This document shows, in pieces, positions 36,583 to 46,064 of a stretch of 64,000 nt of DNA. How positions within the stretch are numbered: position 1 is the stretch's first letter; the number at the start of each line of letters is the position of its first letter. This DNA is from a virus: IMG/VR virus record IMGVR_UViG_3300028666_000023, positions 121,104 to 185,103 of that record; one strand, given 5' to 3'. Under the pieces are notes generated by a model that was not told where the DNA came from, ran no database searches, and saw only the letters and a program-made list of their open reading frames with translations. Made by a program: the position numbers and the translations under genes.

Positions 36583-37058
36583 AGCGTCTTCTCCACGCGC
36601 GCGACGGCGCTCGACGGTCGAACGACGCGGTACGCGACCGCGCCATCGGGCGCAGCGCCGAGGTAGATCTTGGTGCCGTCCCAGAGCTCGAGGTACTCGA
36701 CGAGCGCACGCGTCGAGCCGAGAACGTTCCTGCCTTGGATCTTGCGCATCGGCTGAGCGCGCATGAGCTCCGTGAGTGCCTCGACGGTGCAGTTCTGTTC
36801 GTCGGGGAAGCCGAGTCCCTCGAAGAGCTGGAAGGCTTCCTGCGCGGTGAGATCGCGGAGCTCCATCAACGAGAGGGCGCGGACGTCGGCCTCGTGCTCC
36901 AACATGCCGCGCATGCTCCCCTCGCATCGCGGGCAGATGTACCTGTCCGGCCAGAAGTGGGAATGCCGCCCGATGAGAGAGTCGATCTCTCCCGCTTCCT
37001 TCACGCTCGGAAGTACGCGCACGGCGAGCGCGCACGGGATGCAGACGATGACGATCAT
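36579..37058 (-). CDS. Zn-ribbon hypothetical protein
   Basis: CIPC...CPRC. Confidence 0.65.
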   Translation of the reverse strand: MIVIVCIPCALAVRVLPSVKEAGEIDSLIGRHSHFWPDRYICPRCEGSMRGMLEHEADVRALSLMELRDLTAQEAFQLFEGLGFPDEQNCTVEALTELMRAQPMRKIQGRNVLGSTRALVEYLELWDGTKIYLGAAPDGAVAYRVVRPSSAVARVEKTL

Positions 37059-37726
37059 ATAGAGCCGACCCCGTCTTCGTCCTGGTTGCTCTGCCCGACG
37101 ATGGCTTGGGGATCTGCGGTGCCCTCGCGCGCCTGCACGATGGGGTAACCGTACTCGTCCTTCGGCACGTGCTTCGAGAACGCGTTCGGGGTGATCTTCC
37201 CGTCCTTGATGAGCCGCTTGTAGTGCTGCGTGCTCACCGGTGCGACGTGGCCGTCGGGCAGCTGCGACTTGGGCTCTGGTGCAGGCGGCGGGACGAGCTG
37301 CTCCTTCACCAAGGCCATGGCGGCTTTCTCGGTGGTGCTGAGCGGCGCGGCCTTCTTTTTTTTGCCTGGCTTCTTCGCCGGTGTCTTCTTGGCCTGTGGT
37401 GCGACGTCGCCGCCGAACTCACGCACGACTTGGTGCTCCGTCTCTTCGATCACGACCGCTGGTGCTGGAGGTTCTTCCTCCTCCGCGGCGGGCTCGTCGT
37501 TGAAAGGCTCGTCCGGTTCGGTCACCACCTCACCACTCTCGACATCGGCGGCTGCGGGAGGCGAACCGTTCTCGTCGATGTCCTCCGAGATGATCGCCGC
37601 GGCGACGTTCTCATCCACCGGTGCCCGCACACGACGGCCACTCGGCAGCTCGAAGACAACGAACGTCATCGTCTTGCGCGAGCGGAGATTCATCTCCTGG
37701 AGAATCTGAACGACTTGGACTTGCAT
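37055..37726 (-). CDS. hypothetical protein, acidic and Pro-rich
   Basis: TGATG coupling. Confidence 0.6.
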   Translation of the reverse strand: MQVQVVQILQEMNLRSRKTMTFVVFELPSGRRVRAPVDENVAAAIISEDIDENGSPPAAADVESGEVVTEPDEPFNDEPAAEEEEPPAPAVVIEETEHQVVREFGGDVAPQAKKTPAKKPGKKKKAAPLSTTEKAAMALVKEQLVPPPAPEPKSQLPDGHVAPVSTQHYKRLIKDGKITPNAFSKHVPKDEYGYPIVQAREGTADPQAIVGQSNQDEDGVGSI

Positions 37727-38046
37727 CACCGCACCGGAGGAGGGGGCTGTTGGTTGGAACGGGCGCGATCGGCGTCGGCCGTCTTCTGTTTCTTCAAAAG
37801 CTCCCCGAGCTGTGAGGCGATGACGACGAGGTGCTTGCCGCTGCGATGCATCGACACGAGCTCCATGCAGTTGGCCCACTGCTGGTCTTTGTAGTCCGGG
37901 CCGTCGGGCGGAAGGATGAACGCCATGCATGCTGCGCTGCACGGACGGTCGGCGTCCTTGAAGCAGTAGAGACCGGTCTCCTTGCGGATGTTCGGGTGAT
38001 GGAGGTGCGGAGAGGCTTCCATGCCGGGAGGGATGTGCTGCGTCAT
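37726..38046 (-). CDS. Cys-containing hypothetical protein
   Basis: CFKDADRPCSAACMAF. Confidence 0.6.
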   Translation of the reverse strand: MTQHIPPGMEASPHLHHPNIRKETGLYCFKDADRPCSAACMAFILPPDGPDYKDQQWANCMELVSMHRSGKHLVVIASQLGELLKKQKTADADRARSNQQPPPPVR

Positions 38047-38435
38047 ACGGACTTCTTCACCCTTTCTCGTTCGAGCTCCTGCCGCGTTTGCAAGATCGAC
38101 GTGCAGACCGCGCGCGCAACGCCGCCCATGTACCTGGCGAAGACCTTCGGGTCCGGGGGCGTGTCGAGGAAGCCCCACTTCATGAGCACGGCGCCGAGGC
38201 CGATCGCGAGCGTCTCCATGGAGAGGAACGCGCGCATGTCGTTGAAGAAGTGTTTGAACGTCTCTTCCTGGCTCCCCATGTCGTGGGAGAAGTGGAAGGT
38301 CGCGAGGTCTTCGACCTTCCCCTTCCAGTTACAGATGTTGCAGGACGCATCCCCGCCTGCGAGCGGCGACGCTTTCACATCAGCGCCGCCACACGCGGGA
38401 CAGAACCTTGCTTTGTCGTTGGTCGAAGTGTTCAT
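38043..38435 (-). CDS. Zn-ribbon hypothetical protein
   Basis: CPACG...CNICNWKG. Confidence 0.65.
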   Translation of the reverse strand: MNTSTNDKARFCPACGGADVKASPLAGGDASCNICNWKGKVEDLATFHFSHDMGSQEETFKHFFNDMRAFLSMETLAIGLGAVLMKWGFLDTPPDPKVFARYMGGVARAVCTSILQTRQELERERVKKSV

Positions 38436-38881
38436 ACGGGGATCGTCTTGCCGAGCTTGTTGTAGAGGGCGTTCATGTCCTTCCGAGACCGCGGTGGACC
38501 GGAGCTCTCGATGACCTTCGTCTTGAGGCGGCTCCTAATCTTGTTCGGCTGACTCCAGAGCGGCGCGATGGAGAACCCACCGGCACCGCGCTTGATCTCA
38601 TCCTGCAAGATCTTGATGGTGTCCTTCTTGTCTCGCTGCTTCGCAGTATCGAGCCAAGGGAACGCGGTCTTCATGTACTCATCGAAGGCGTTGGGCGCTT
38701 CCTCCTTGTTGATGAATGCGGTTGCGAGCGCTCTTAGGCGTGCGTGCTCCACGTACTCTCGCTTGAGCAGGAACGCCAAAAGGATAGACTCCCGAGGTGA
38801 CCCTTTGGAGGGTGGCTCGCGCAGAGTCGCGAGCAGTAGACCTGCTCGCGCCCAGCCCTCGGGGGTCTCTAGCCATTTCCC
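38432..38881 (-). CDS. -1 frameshift extension of tail assembly chaperone
   Basis: Open -1 frame from slippery GGGAAAT: KWLETPEGWARAGLLL...LLAFLLKREY to stop 38432. Confidence 0.7.
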   Translation of the reverse strand, partial: GKWLETPEGWARAGLLLATLREPPSKGSPRESILLAFLLKREYVEHARLRALATAFINKEEAPNAFDEYMKTAFPWLDTAKQRDKKDTIKILQDEIKRGAGGFSIAPLWSQPNKIRSRLKTKVIESSGPPRSRKDMNALYNKLGKTIPV

Positions 38882-40107
38882 AAGTTGTCCATCACGAAGA
38901 GCTTGCGAACTCGGATGTCGAACCAGAAGTAGTTCACACCGATGCTCGCGAGCATGTGGAAGGGAAGCTTCACGACCCGCTGGAACTTCGCTTGGAAGAG
39001 GTCGGAGTCGAAGTGCCCCGTGGCATCGTGATAGTCCGGCAGCGGGTTGTTGTTGATCGCGTGGAGCCCCGCGGCGAGCGTCATGAGGGAGAACTTGTCG
39101 AGCAAGTAGCGCTCGCTGACCTCGACGCCTTGCGACTCCTTCATGATGAGGCGCTTCAACTCGAGGTCGTCGTCGCCGCTGAGCGAAGCGAACGTCGCCT
39201 CGAACTTGCCCGGGATGATGGGCACACGCTGCGTGACGAAGTTCTGCACGATGAGGTCGTCGATGGCCATCGGCGTGCAGCGTGACTCGATGATCTTCCT
39301 CTGGTCCTCGTTGTTGATGATGTCCTTCATCATCACTTCGCGGAGGGTGTTGAGGTCGAAGTCGTCCATGTTCTTGGCGACCTCGGCGATCGTCTTTGCC
39401 GGATTCGCGTCCGCCACCGGACCGTCCTTGGGAGAGTTGCCCAAGCGACCTGCTGCGCCGGCCGGTCCCGCGGCTGCTTCGTTCATCACGCGCTTCTCGT
39501 CCTCTGCGCGCTGCGCTGCATTGGGATCGCCACCCTGTTGGAGCGCGGCAAGCTTCTGCCAGTCCTCCATCGAGGTCTTCTTCGGCGCGCCCGCGGGACC
39601 ACCGCTGGCAATCTGCTGCGGCAGGAGCCTCTGCTTCCCGCGGATGATGCCGTACTTGTACGCGAGCGCTGGTTGCGCGACTGCGTACATCGAGCCGTGC
39701 CCGTTCTGGAACGCGGGGTCCTTTCGCGCTTCTTCCGGCAGAAGGTCTGCGGGGAGAAGACCGGGAGGGAGCGCGGTGGGAGAGGGCTTGGCAGGGGTGG
39801 GCGAAGCGATCGCGCCGACCGGCGCAGCGCCTTGGAAGATCGAGCTCGGCGCTTGGCCCTGGTGACGCTCTCGGTTGGCTTGGTCGGCCATCGGGAGATT
39901 CCCGCTGGGCTCAGCGTCGAGGCGCGGGATGGGGGGCGTGGGACCTCCCGCAGTGGGCGTTTGGTACTTCGGCGGACCGCGGCGCGCGGCCATGTCCGCG
40001 GCGTGTTTGATCGCCCGCGGGTCGGTGACACCTGGCGCGATGACCGGCGGCCCGAAGGTCGTCGGATTCGCAAGGTCTTTCTTCACTTCGGGGTCGTCGC
40101 GTTTCAT
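38869..40107 (-). CDS. tail assembly chaperone (gpG-like) with Pro-rich N-terminus
   Basis: Ends TTG GGA AAT GGC TAG; helical C-terminal domain. Confidence 0.65.
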   Translation of the reverse strand: MKRDDPEVKKDLANPTTFGPPVIAPGVTDPRAIKHAADMAARRGPPKYQTPTAGGPTPPIPRLDAEPSGNLPMADQANRERHQGQAPSSIFQGAAPVGAIASPTPAKPSPTALPPGLLPADLLPEEARKDPAFQNGHGSMYAVAQPALAYKYGIIRGKQRLLPQQIASGGPAGAPKKTSMEDWQKLAALQQGGDPNAAQRAEDEKRVMNEAAAGPAGAAGRLGNSPKDGPVADANPAKTIAEVAKNMDDFDLNTLREVMMKDIINNEDQRKIIESRCTPMAIDDLIVQNFVTQRVPIIPGKFEATFASLSGDDDLELKRLIMKESQGVEVSERYLLDKFSLMTLAAGLHAINNNPLPDYHDATGHFDSDLFQAKFQRVVKLPFHMLASIGVNYFWFDIRVRKLFVMDNLGNG

Positions 40108-40180
40108 TCGACTCCTTGTACGCCGGATGTACGTCTAATGTACATCGCGGAGGGTTGAGTAGCTAGAAAAAAGAAGTGGG

Positions 40181-40567
40181 TCAGCTGACCTGCTTCATGA
40201 ACGTGTCGAGGAGCTCCTCGCGCGTGAGACCGTCTGGGACCTTGTCGAGGTGCCCGAGCCAGAGGTCGCGGATGGTCGGCGGCGCGGCGTGGGGGACGTA
40301 GGTCCCGCGCTTGATGAGGATGTGGAGGCCCTTGCCGACGATCGTGTTCTGCCCCTCGCGGTTGCGAAAGAACGAGTCGAGCGGGAAGAGGTCCTGCAGG
40401 AGCATCCCCTGAAGAACGAGCAGGCCCGCTGCCTGCGAGAGCAGGAGCTCGGGGATGAAGATCTGCGTCCAGGCGAACGGTTCTACGAAGCGCTGCATGT
40501 GGAGCTCGCGCGTCTTGGCGATGTGGCCATTCCATCCACCGCCGACGAGCTCGATGCACGAGGCCAT
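40181..40567 (-). CDS. hypothetical protein
   Basis: TGATG coupling. Confidence 0.6.
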   Translation of the reverse strand: MASCIELVGGGWNGHIAKTRELHMQRFVEPFAWTQIFIPELLLSQAAGLLVLQGMLLQDLFPLDSFFRNREGQNTIVGKGLHILIKRGTYVPHAAPPTIRDLWLGHLDKVPDGLTREELLDTFMKQVS

Positions 40568-40821
40568 CACTCGCTCGGAATCTTGTTCCACCCGACGGGG
40601 CCCGTGGGCTTCTTCGGCTCGGGGGCTTTCACGATCTTCATCTTGTGGCGCTTGCACATCGGACAACGAGCGACTGCTGGGCATGACGAATCCTCCGGCA
40701 CGATCATTCCGAGCGTCCACCCAGCGTTCACCGGATGCTCGATTGTGAGCTTGCCGCAGCAGCCCGGATGCGAGCACTGGAGAACGAACTCCTGGAAGAT
40801 CGGGTTGACGAGTTTAGGCAC
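40567..40821 (-). CDS. Zn-binding small protein
   Basis: CSHPGC...CPMC. Confidence 0.55.
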   Translation of the reverse strand: MPKLVNPIFQEFVLQCSHPGCCGKLTIEHPVNAGWTLGMIVPEDSSCPAVARCPMCKRHKMKIVKAPEPKKPTGPVGWNKIPSE

Positions 40822-41155
40822 CGCTGCCTTCTTTCTTTCGAGCTTCTTTTCGCTCGGCGAGTTGAACGATCGCCTCGAGTACTTCTTTCTTCGAAGCATC
40901 TGGCGCGAGGCCGGTGTCGCTCAAGTGCAGCTTCTGCTCGCACGCGGCGACGCGGATGGCCTCGCGCAGGAGGAGCTGCAGCATCTTGAGCTCGTTCGAG
41001 AGGCGCGATTCGACACGCTCTGCGATCGCACAGCAGTTCCCACAGAGGAAGACGCCGTCGAAGAACTTCGCCACCTCGGGGCGAACGTTCTTCCGGCAGT
41101 TCACGCACGGGAGGCCTTCAGCGACTCGAGGGTCCACGCCAGCGCACCTGTCCAT
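40814..41155 (-). CDS. Zn-binding hypothetical protein (start uncertain)
   Basis: CVNC...CGNC. Confidence 0.55.
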   Translation of the reverse strand: MDRCAGVDPRVAEGLPCVNCRKNVRPEVAKFFDGVFLCGNCCAIAERVESRLSNELKMLQLLLREAIRVAACEQKLHLSDTGLAPDASKKEVLEAIVQLAERKEARKKEGSGA

Positions 41156-41345
41156 CGAAGGAGAGAGTTTTCACGATGCGGTTCGGCAAAGTGAGGCAGG
41201 CGTTGCTGACGTTGACGAGCGTCAGCTGCCCTTCGTTCCACGCGCCGCGCATGATCTCCTGCTCAAGAAGCTGGCGCGGCATATCGGGAAAGACATACCG
41301 CGCACCAAGCAGCGTTTCAATCTCCACGCTCGTGAGGTCAGCCAT
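41118..41345 (-). CDS. hypothetical protein
   Basis: Packing. Confidence 0.55.
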   Translation of the reverse strand: MADLTSVEIETLLGARYVFPDMPRQLLEQEIMRGAWNEGQLTLVNVSNACLTLPNRIVKTLSFDGQVRWRGPSSR

Positions 41346-41580
41346 CCTTCAACCACTCCCCCAGGCCGGCCGAGGGCTCGGCGAAGGCCTGTCGGTCGCG
41401 GAGCAGTGCAGCATCGCGATCGAGCTTGTTGTGGAGCTCCCGCAGCTGAGCGCAGAGAGCCGCGAGATCGTCCGAGAGATACTCCGTTGAGTGGTCGACC
41501 ACGAGCTGTGCCTGCACGACCGCTGCCTCGGCGATCTTCAGCTGCTCTCGAATGGTCTGCTCGCTCGAGGTCATGCCCAA
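41338..41580 (-). CDS. hypothetical protein
   Basis: Packing. Confidence 0.5.
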   Translation of the reverse strand: MGMTSSEQTIREQLKIAEAAVVQAQLVVDHSTEYLSDDLAALCAQLRELHNKLDRDAALLRDRQAFAEPSAGLGEWLKDG

Positions 41581-42065
41581 AGCTCACCACGAAGGATCTT
41601 GCTGACGACGGTCTGCGTGATGCCGAACCTCTGTGCGAGCTCCTTCTGTGTGGGACCACTACGTGTTGTTCCTCGTCCTCCACGAACGTAGAGGGCACGA
41701 ATGTGCTGGGCGTCCTTCTCCATCAGCTTGGAGTTGCCGTTCTGTTCCCCAGTAGCCGGTGCGGTAGGACCACCGCGGTAAGTGCGCCCCTTTCGTGCCT
41801 TGTCGGTCATGTTGTCTTGCGCCGAACCAATGAACAGATGGTCGTGGCGGACACAGGGTGGGTTGTCACATCTGTGCAGAACGGACATGCCTTCTGGGAT
41901 TGGTCCGTTCTCCAACTCCCAAGCCACGCGATGCGCTCCCAGCTGCCGACCGCTCAACTTGAACTGCCCGTAACCTGCTCGGTTACACGCACCGGACCAG
42001 GTCCAACAGCCCGCGCTCTTCCGGACCTTGGCCCAAAAGCGTTCCGCGTGGTCAGGGGTTGACAA
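41571..42065 (-). CDS. HNH endonuclease with C-terminal HTH
   Basis: RFWAKV..CWTW..GYGQF..AHRVAWEL..VLHRCDNPPCVRHDHL; GGAGGA before TTG. Confidence 0.9.
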   Translation of the reverse strand: MSTPDHAERFWAKVRKSAGCWTWSGACNRAGYGQFKLSGRQLGAHRVAWELENGPIPEGMSVLHRCDNPPCVRHDHLFIGSAQDNMTDKARKGRTYRGGPTAPATGEQNGNSKLMEKDAQHIRALYVRGGRGTTRSGPTQKELAQRFGITQTVVSKILRGELWA

Positions 42066-42459
42066 AGAAATCCTCCAATTTGCTCCAGCCGACGAGGCCG
42101 GCGGGATCTTGGGTGACCATGATGTTGACCGCGTTGGAGGTCCGCGCGGCGACCAGGGCAATCACGTCGGACTTCGCGATGGGCCGCGTGAGCAGCTGCA
42201 AGAAGTACTGCAGCGACGGCGGCCACGTCTCCGGAAAGCGGATGCCCGGCGGCAGCGGCGCCGTCGGGTCCTGCCACCGGATGAAAAGCGAGGACCGCGT
42301 GATGTCGTTGTCCTGCTCGATCTCCAACAAGAACGCGTCGAGCACGTTCGCCTGCTGCTGGTCGATGGAGTTGTCTGGGTTGACGGTACTCCGCCGCGCG
42401 AGCGAGATGAGCGCTTCGTACTGTTCCAGCGTCAGGGAGATCGAGCTCGGTGCGGTCAT
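42052..42459 (-). CDS. hypothetical protein
   Basis: TACTTT 6 nt before ATG. Confidence 0.65.
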   Translation of the reverse strand: MTAPSSISLTLEQYEALISLARRSTVNPDNSIDQQQANVLDAFLLEIEQDNDITRSSLFIRWQDPTAPLPPGIRFPETWPPSLQYFLQLLTRPIAKSDVIALVAARTSNAVNIMVTQDPAGLVGWSKLEDFFVNP

Positions 42460-42471
42460 GGTGGGAAAGTA

Positions 42472-43137
42472 CTACCGAACCGCGTCGAGAGCTATGCCGA
42501 CGTGGACGGCCAGGTCCTCGAGCGACGCGTTGTTCTCGAGGACGATGCGGAACAGCTTCTCGTCGATGCCGAGCAGCTCCGTCTCGCTCCGATGCTGGCC
42601 CGCCGTGCCGCCCAAGCCCGCGACGTTGCGCGTCAGCTTCCACACCATCCCACCGGCTGCGCGGATGGCATCGACCTCGTTCTGGAAGCGGACGTCGGAG
42701 ATGACGACGCCGGCGGCGGTCGATTCCACCAGCGAGGGACGAAGTCCTTGCTGCGCGGTGTACCTGACCGCGCCGAGGTCGCCGACAGCGAGCAGCGTCT
42801 TCGCGACGCGGAGCGCGTAGTCGACCCACACATTCGGGTAGCAGTTGCGCCCCCACTCGGAGCCGAGCTGCTGGAGGGCGAAGCGCGGCGTGAGGTACTC
42901 GTCGCCGATGTGGTCGAGGAACTCGTTCTCGATCTTGCGCCGGAGGTACCGCTCGTCGGGCGCGTTACGCTTCTCGCTCGGGCCCCAGAGCTGCTCGTCG
43001 GTGAAGGCGAAGACGTCCTTGCAGATGCGCTTGAGCGGATCTGCGAACGCGACCTTCACGAAGTTGTGGTCCCGGACGAAGATGTCCGCGACCGTGTCTT
43101 TGCCGCTGCCGGCCACTCCCAAAAGTCCGATGATCAT
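42472..43137 (-). CDS. deoxynucleoside monophosphate kinase
   Basis: IIGLLGVAGSGKDT, FADPLK, TPRFALQQLGSEWGR, VISDVRFQNE, HRSE. Confidence 0.92.
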   Translation of the reverse strand: MIIGLLGVAGSGKDTVADIFVRDHNFVKVAFADPLKRICKDVFAFTDEQLWGPSEKRNAPDERYLRRKIENEFLDHIGDEYLTPRFALQQLGSEWGRNCYPNVWVDYALRVAKTLLAVGDLGAVRYTAQQGLRPSLVESTAAGVVISDVRFQNEVDAIRAAGGMVWKLTRNVAGLGGTAGQHRSETELLGIDEKLFRIVLENNASLEDLAVHVGIALDAVR

Positions 43138-43389
43138 CTAGTCCCACCTGTCGTTGTCGAACGCGTCGCCACGCGAGCGTTCTTCATCGTCTTCGATCTT
43201 CTCCATCGCTGACTTCGCGACGAACTTCCAGCCCTCGTAGAGAACAGCTGGGTGCCCGACTTGGACACCCAGCTTCTTTGCGTAGTCGAACGCCCAGTCC
43301 GGGACGCCGTCCTTCCACGCGCTGTGCTCGTCGAGGTACTTCAAGTCTTCGAAGACCTCTTCGTAATCCGGCTCGCTCGCCGCGCTCAT
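43138..43389 (-). CDS. hypothetical protein
   Basis: ATGA coupling. Confidence 0.55.
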   Translation of the reverse strand: MSAASEPDYEEVFEDLKYLDEHSAWKDGVPDWAFDYAKKLGVQVGHPAVLYEGWKFVAKSAMEKIEDDEERSRGDAFDNDRWD

Positions 43390-43709
43390 CCCGCCTTCAG
43401 CTCTTTTGCGCGGGCGGGTGGTGGCGTCCAGCCCGCCTCGAGCGCTTTCTTTTCCCACGACTGCAACCCCTTCGGTTTTACCGGGAACGCTCCGGTGAAC
43501 CGGCAGTGATAACACGTGGCGGTCGGACACGGATTGCTGTACGTCGTGCCGTGGTCCTTCTCCTCGGAGGCCGGGTTGTCCTCGGGATCACACTCGCAGA
43601 TGAACCCCTCGCATTCATCGAGGGAGCGGTACTTGCACTCTCCCTTGCCGTGTCCGTGCGGCTCGGCGCCGCACTTCGGACACTTGAACTCGAAGGCGAG
43701 CTCGCCCAT
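43386..43709 (-). CDS. Cys-rich hypothetical protein
   Basis: Multiple Cys motifs. Confidence 0.6.
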   Translation of the reverse strand: MGELAFEFKCPKCGAEPHGHGKGECKYRSLDECEGFICECDPEDNPASEEKDHGTTYSNPCPTATCYHCRFTGAFPVKPKGLQSWEKKALEAGWTPPPARAKELKAG

Positions 43710-44095
43710 CAGTGCTTGCCCTTGCCGACCGCGTAAGCCTGCGAGGTGTTCGTGAAGCGCTCTTTCCAACCCCAGTCGTCCATCACGTACTGCGAGTACT
43801 CCTGCGTCGTGATGATGACCGTCTTGTCGATGCTCATCTTGAGCATGCCGACGACGCGGTCGTAGTCCTTCGTATGGTCTTCGGGAACGTCGAGCTGGAT
43901 GAAGTGCGGAACTTCCTCGTCGGACTCCGCGAGGGCGAGCTTCTTCTTGAGGTCCTCGAGGAGCGCGCGGCGGTAGCCGGCGTGCGCTTCTTTGAAGTCC
44001 GTCTCGTGCTGAGCGCGGTTCTTCTGGAGCTCTTTGATGAGGTCGTCCTTGTTCACTTCGATGTGCTGGATGCCTTTGACGGTGTCAGGAGCCAT
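43709..44095 (-). CDS. phage hypothetical protein
   Basis: PEDHTKDYDRVVGMLKMS...YVMDDWGW. Confidence 0.7.
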   Translation of the reverse strand: MAPDTVKGIQHIEVNKDDLIKELQKNRAQHETDFKEAHAGYRRALLEDLKKKLALAESDEEVPHFIQLDVPEDHTKDYDRVVGMLKMSIDKTVIITTQEYSQYVMDDWGWKERFTNTSQAYAVGKGKH

Positions 44096-44588
44096 GGGTC
44101 TTGTCCTTGTTGTACTGGAGGAGGGCATCGCGCGAGCGGGCCCAAGCTGCAGAGAGGTCGGTGTCGTCGGAGAGGAAGTGGTACGTCTGGATGGAGTTCG
44201 CCTCGAAGAGCACGAGGGAGTCGCGGAGGCGGTAGTCGTTTCGGTAGACGACCTTCTGTACGCCGCCGAGGTTGATGAGACGCTTCGCACACATGATGCA
44301 GGGCATGTGCGTGCAGAAGACGATCTTCTCGGTGCTGCGGGGGACGTCGCAGTTGATGACCGCGTTCTCCTCCGCATGGAGACAGCCGCAGTTGCCGACG
44401 GCTGCTTCGCCGTGGCGATCGCAGTCGTTCTTGCCGCCGGCGACGTTGCCGTTGTACCCAACAGCGAGCACCTTGCGGGCATCGGGCGTCACGATCGCGC
44501 AGCCCACCTGGAGCCGCACGCAGGTCGAGCGCTCTGCCATCATCTCGGCGAGGCGCATGTAGATGTGTTGGAAAGACGGACGGGACAT
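44085..44588 (-). CDS. dCMP deaminase
   Basis: STCVRLQVGC, GYNG, HAEENA, PCIMC. Confidence 0.92.
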   Translation of the reverse strand: MSRPSFQHIYMRLAEMMAERSTCVRLQVGCAIVTPDARKVLAVGYNGNVAGGKNDCDRHGEAAVGNCGCLHAEENAVINCDVPRSTEKIVFCTHMPCIMCAKRLINLGGVQKVVYRNDYRLRDSLVLFEANSIQTYHFLSDDTDLSAAWARSRDALLQYNKDKTHGS

Positions 44589-44908
44589 CAGAGGACTCCT
44601 CGGTTCTCGAGAGCTTCACGCAGCACTTCGCGCGCATAGTCGCAGGCACGTCGTTGAATTGCCCACGTCTGCGCCTTGCCCTGCAGCGACGCCCCAAAGA
44701 CGCGCTGCCGGGAGAAGTAGGATTCGAAGGTCTTCGGTTGCCCGTCCTTCGTCCTGTAGTGGATGACCACCGCGAACTCGCGCAGTCCTTCCTTGGGCAC
44801 GATCTCCACCTTGTCGGCGGCCGTACCTCGCCTGATGACATCGAGCCAGCCCTGCATCTGATCGATGAGGACCTTCATCAGAAGAACATCGCGACCGCTC
44901 ATGGTCAC
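44588..44908 (-). CDS. hypothetical protein
   Basis: TGATG coupling. Confidence 0.6.
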   Translation of the reverse strand: MTMSGRDVLLMKVLIDQMQGWLDVIRRGTAADKVEIVPKEGLREFAVVIHYRTKDGQPKTFESYFSRQRVFGASLQGKAQTWAIQRRACDYAREVLREALENRGVL

Positions 44909-44985
44909 TCCGTAGCTATGAGAACGCGGGCGTACCCGCGCGCCACGGCGACCGGTTGCTCGATCGCCGCGGCAACACGGAAACG

Positions 44986-45723
44986 TCAGCTCTGGGATGC
45001 GCCGCCTTCGAAGGCCGCCTTCATCTCACCGATCTTCTTGTCCTGGGCGTGGTCCTCTTCGGTCCAGTTCGAGGTGTCCGTCACACCGTTCGTGTGCTCG
45101 GGTTCCGACTCCGGCGGGGTGTCCGTGTCGACCGGCGCCTCGGCCTTCGTGACGGCCTTTGCCGACACGTTCACGCGGGGGCGCGCGATGCGCTCCTTGC
45201 GGGAGATCGCCGGCGTCGAGTTCGCCTGCTCTTCGGGCTTGTCGGCGATGCTCGAGTTCGCGATGTACTCGAGGGCCGCCGTGTTGAGGATCTCCGCCTC
45301 GAGCTTCGAGTCGAGCGGCTGCTTGCCCGCGAACGTCGACAGCACCTGCGCGGCCGCGTGCTGACGCATGACGCGCGCGTCGGTCGACGGCGCCGCATCG
45401 CGCGAGCCTCGGCTCGCCTGCGCGACCGGTTGGCGCTTCGCCTTGGTCGACTTGTGTGCCGGAGCAGCCTTGGTCTTCGCGGCGACTTTCTTCGCTGCCT
45501 TCTTCGGAGCAGCCTTCGCCTTCGGAGCGATCTTCTTGGCGGCCTTCTTGGGAGCTGCGACGCCGAAGAACTTGTCGATCTCCGCGCGGGCCTTGTCCTT
45601 GTCCGCGTTCGACAGGTCTTGCGACTTGCCGACCGCGCGGCGCGCGCCCGTCGCGTTCTTGTACTTCTTCGCTCGGAGGTTCTGCAGGAAGCTCGGGAGC
45701 GTCATCTTCTCGTAGTTGTTCAT
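44986..45723 (-). CDS. histone H1-like Lys/Ala-rich DNA-binding protein
   Basis: APKKAAKK repeats; AGGAG RBS. Confidence 0.6.
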   Translation of the reverse strand: MNNYEKMTLPSFLQNLRAKKYKNATGARRAVGKSQDLSNADKDKARAEIDKFFGVAAPKKAAKKIAPKAKAAPKKAAKKVAAKTKAAPAHKSTKAKRQPVAQASRGSRDAAPSTDARVMRQHAAAQVLSTFAGKQPLDSKLEAEILNTAALEYIANSSIADKPEEQANSTPAISRKERIARPRVNVSAKAVTKAEAPVDTDTPPESEPEHTNGVTDTSNWTEEDHAQDKKIGEMKAAFEGGASQS

Positions 45724-45793
45724 ATCCTTCTCCTGGTTGTGCTGCTCGCGCCACCAGCGTCGGGGCGCGGCCATGCACGATGTTGAACGAAAA

Positions 45794-45821
45794 GTACTAC
45801 TACCCGTGTTCTAGTTGTCAA
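45794..45821 (-). promoter_or_regulatory. sigma70-like promoter
   Basis: TTGACA-N16-TAGTAC in an AT-rich gap. Confidence 0.55.
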
Positions 45822-46064
45822 CTACAACTTCTCGTACTTCTGAAGTAGGCGAACAACTCCGAGTAGACCGAAGCCGACGAGTGGCAAAACACCCAGCGTG
45901 ACGAGCGTCGTGCGCTCAGGGCCAGATTGAAACTCGCAGGAGATGAGCAGCACGATCGGTGCTGCCATCAAGAAACCAGCTGCAGACTCGCGGAGCAGTT
46001 CTCTCATCAACAATCGTATTCCTCGGTTGGCCTAAGGAGTTGAGGCCGGGATACAATTGCCCGC

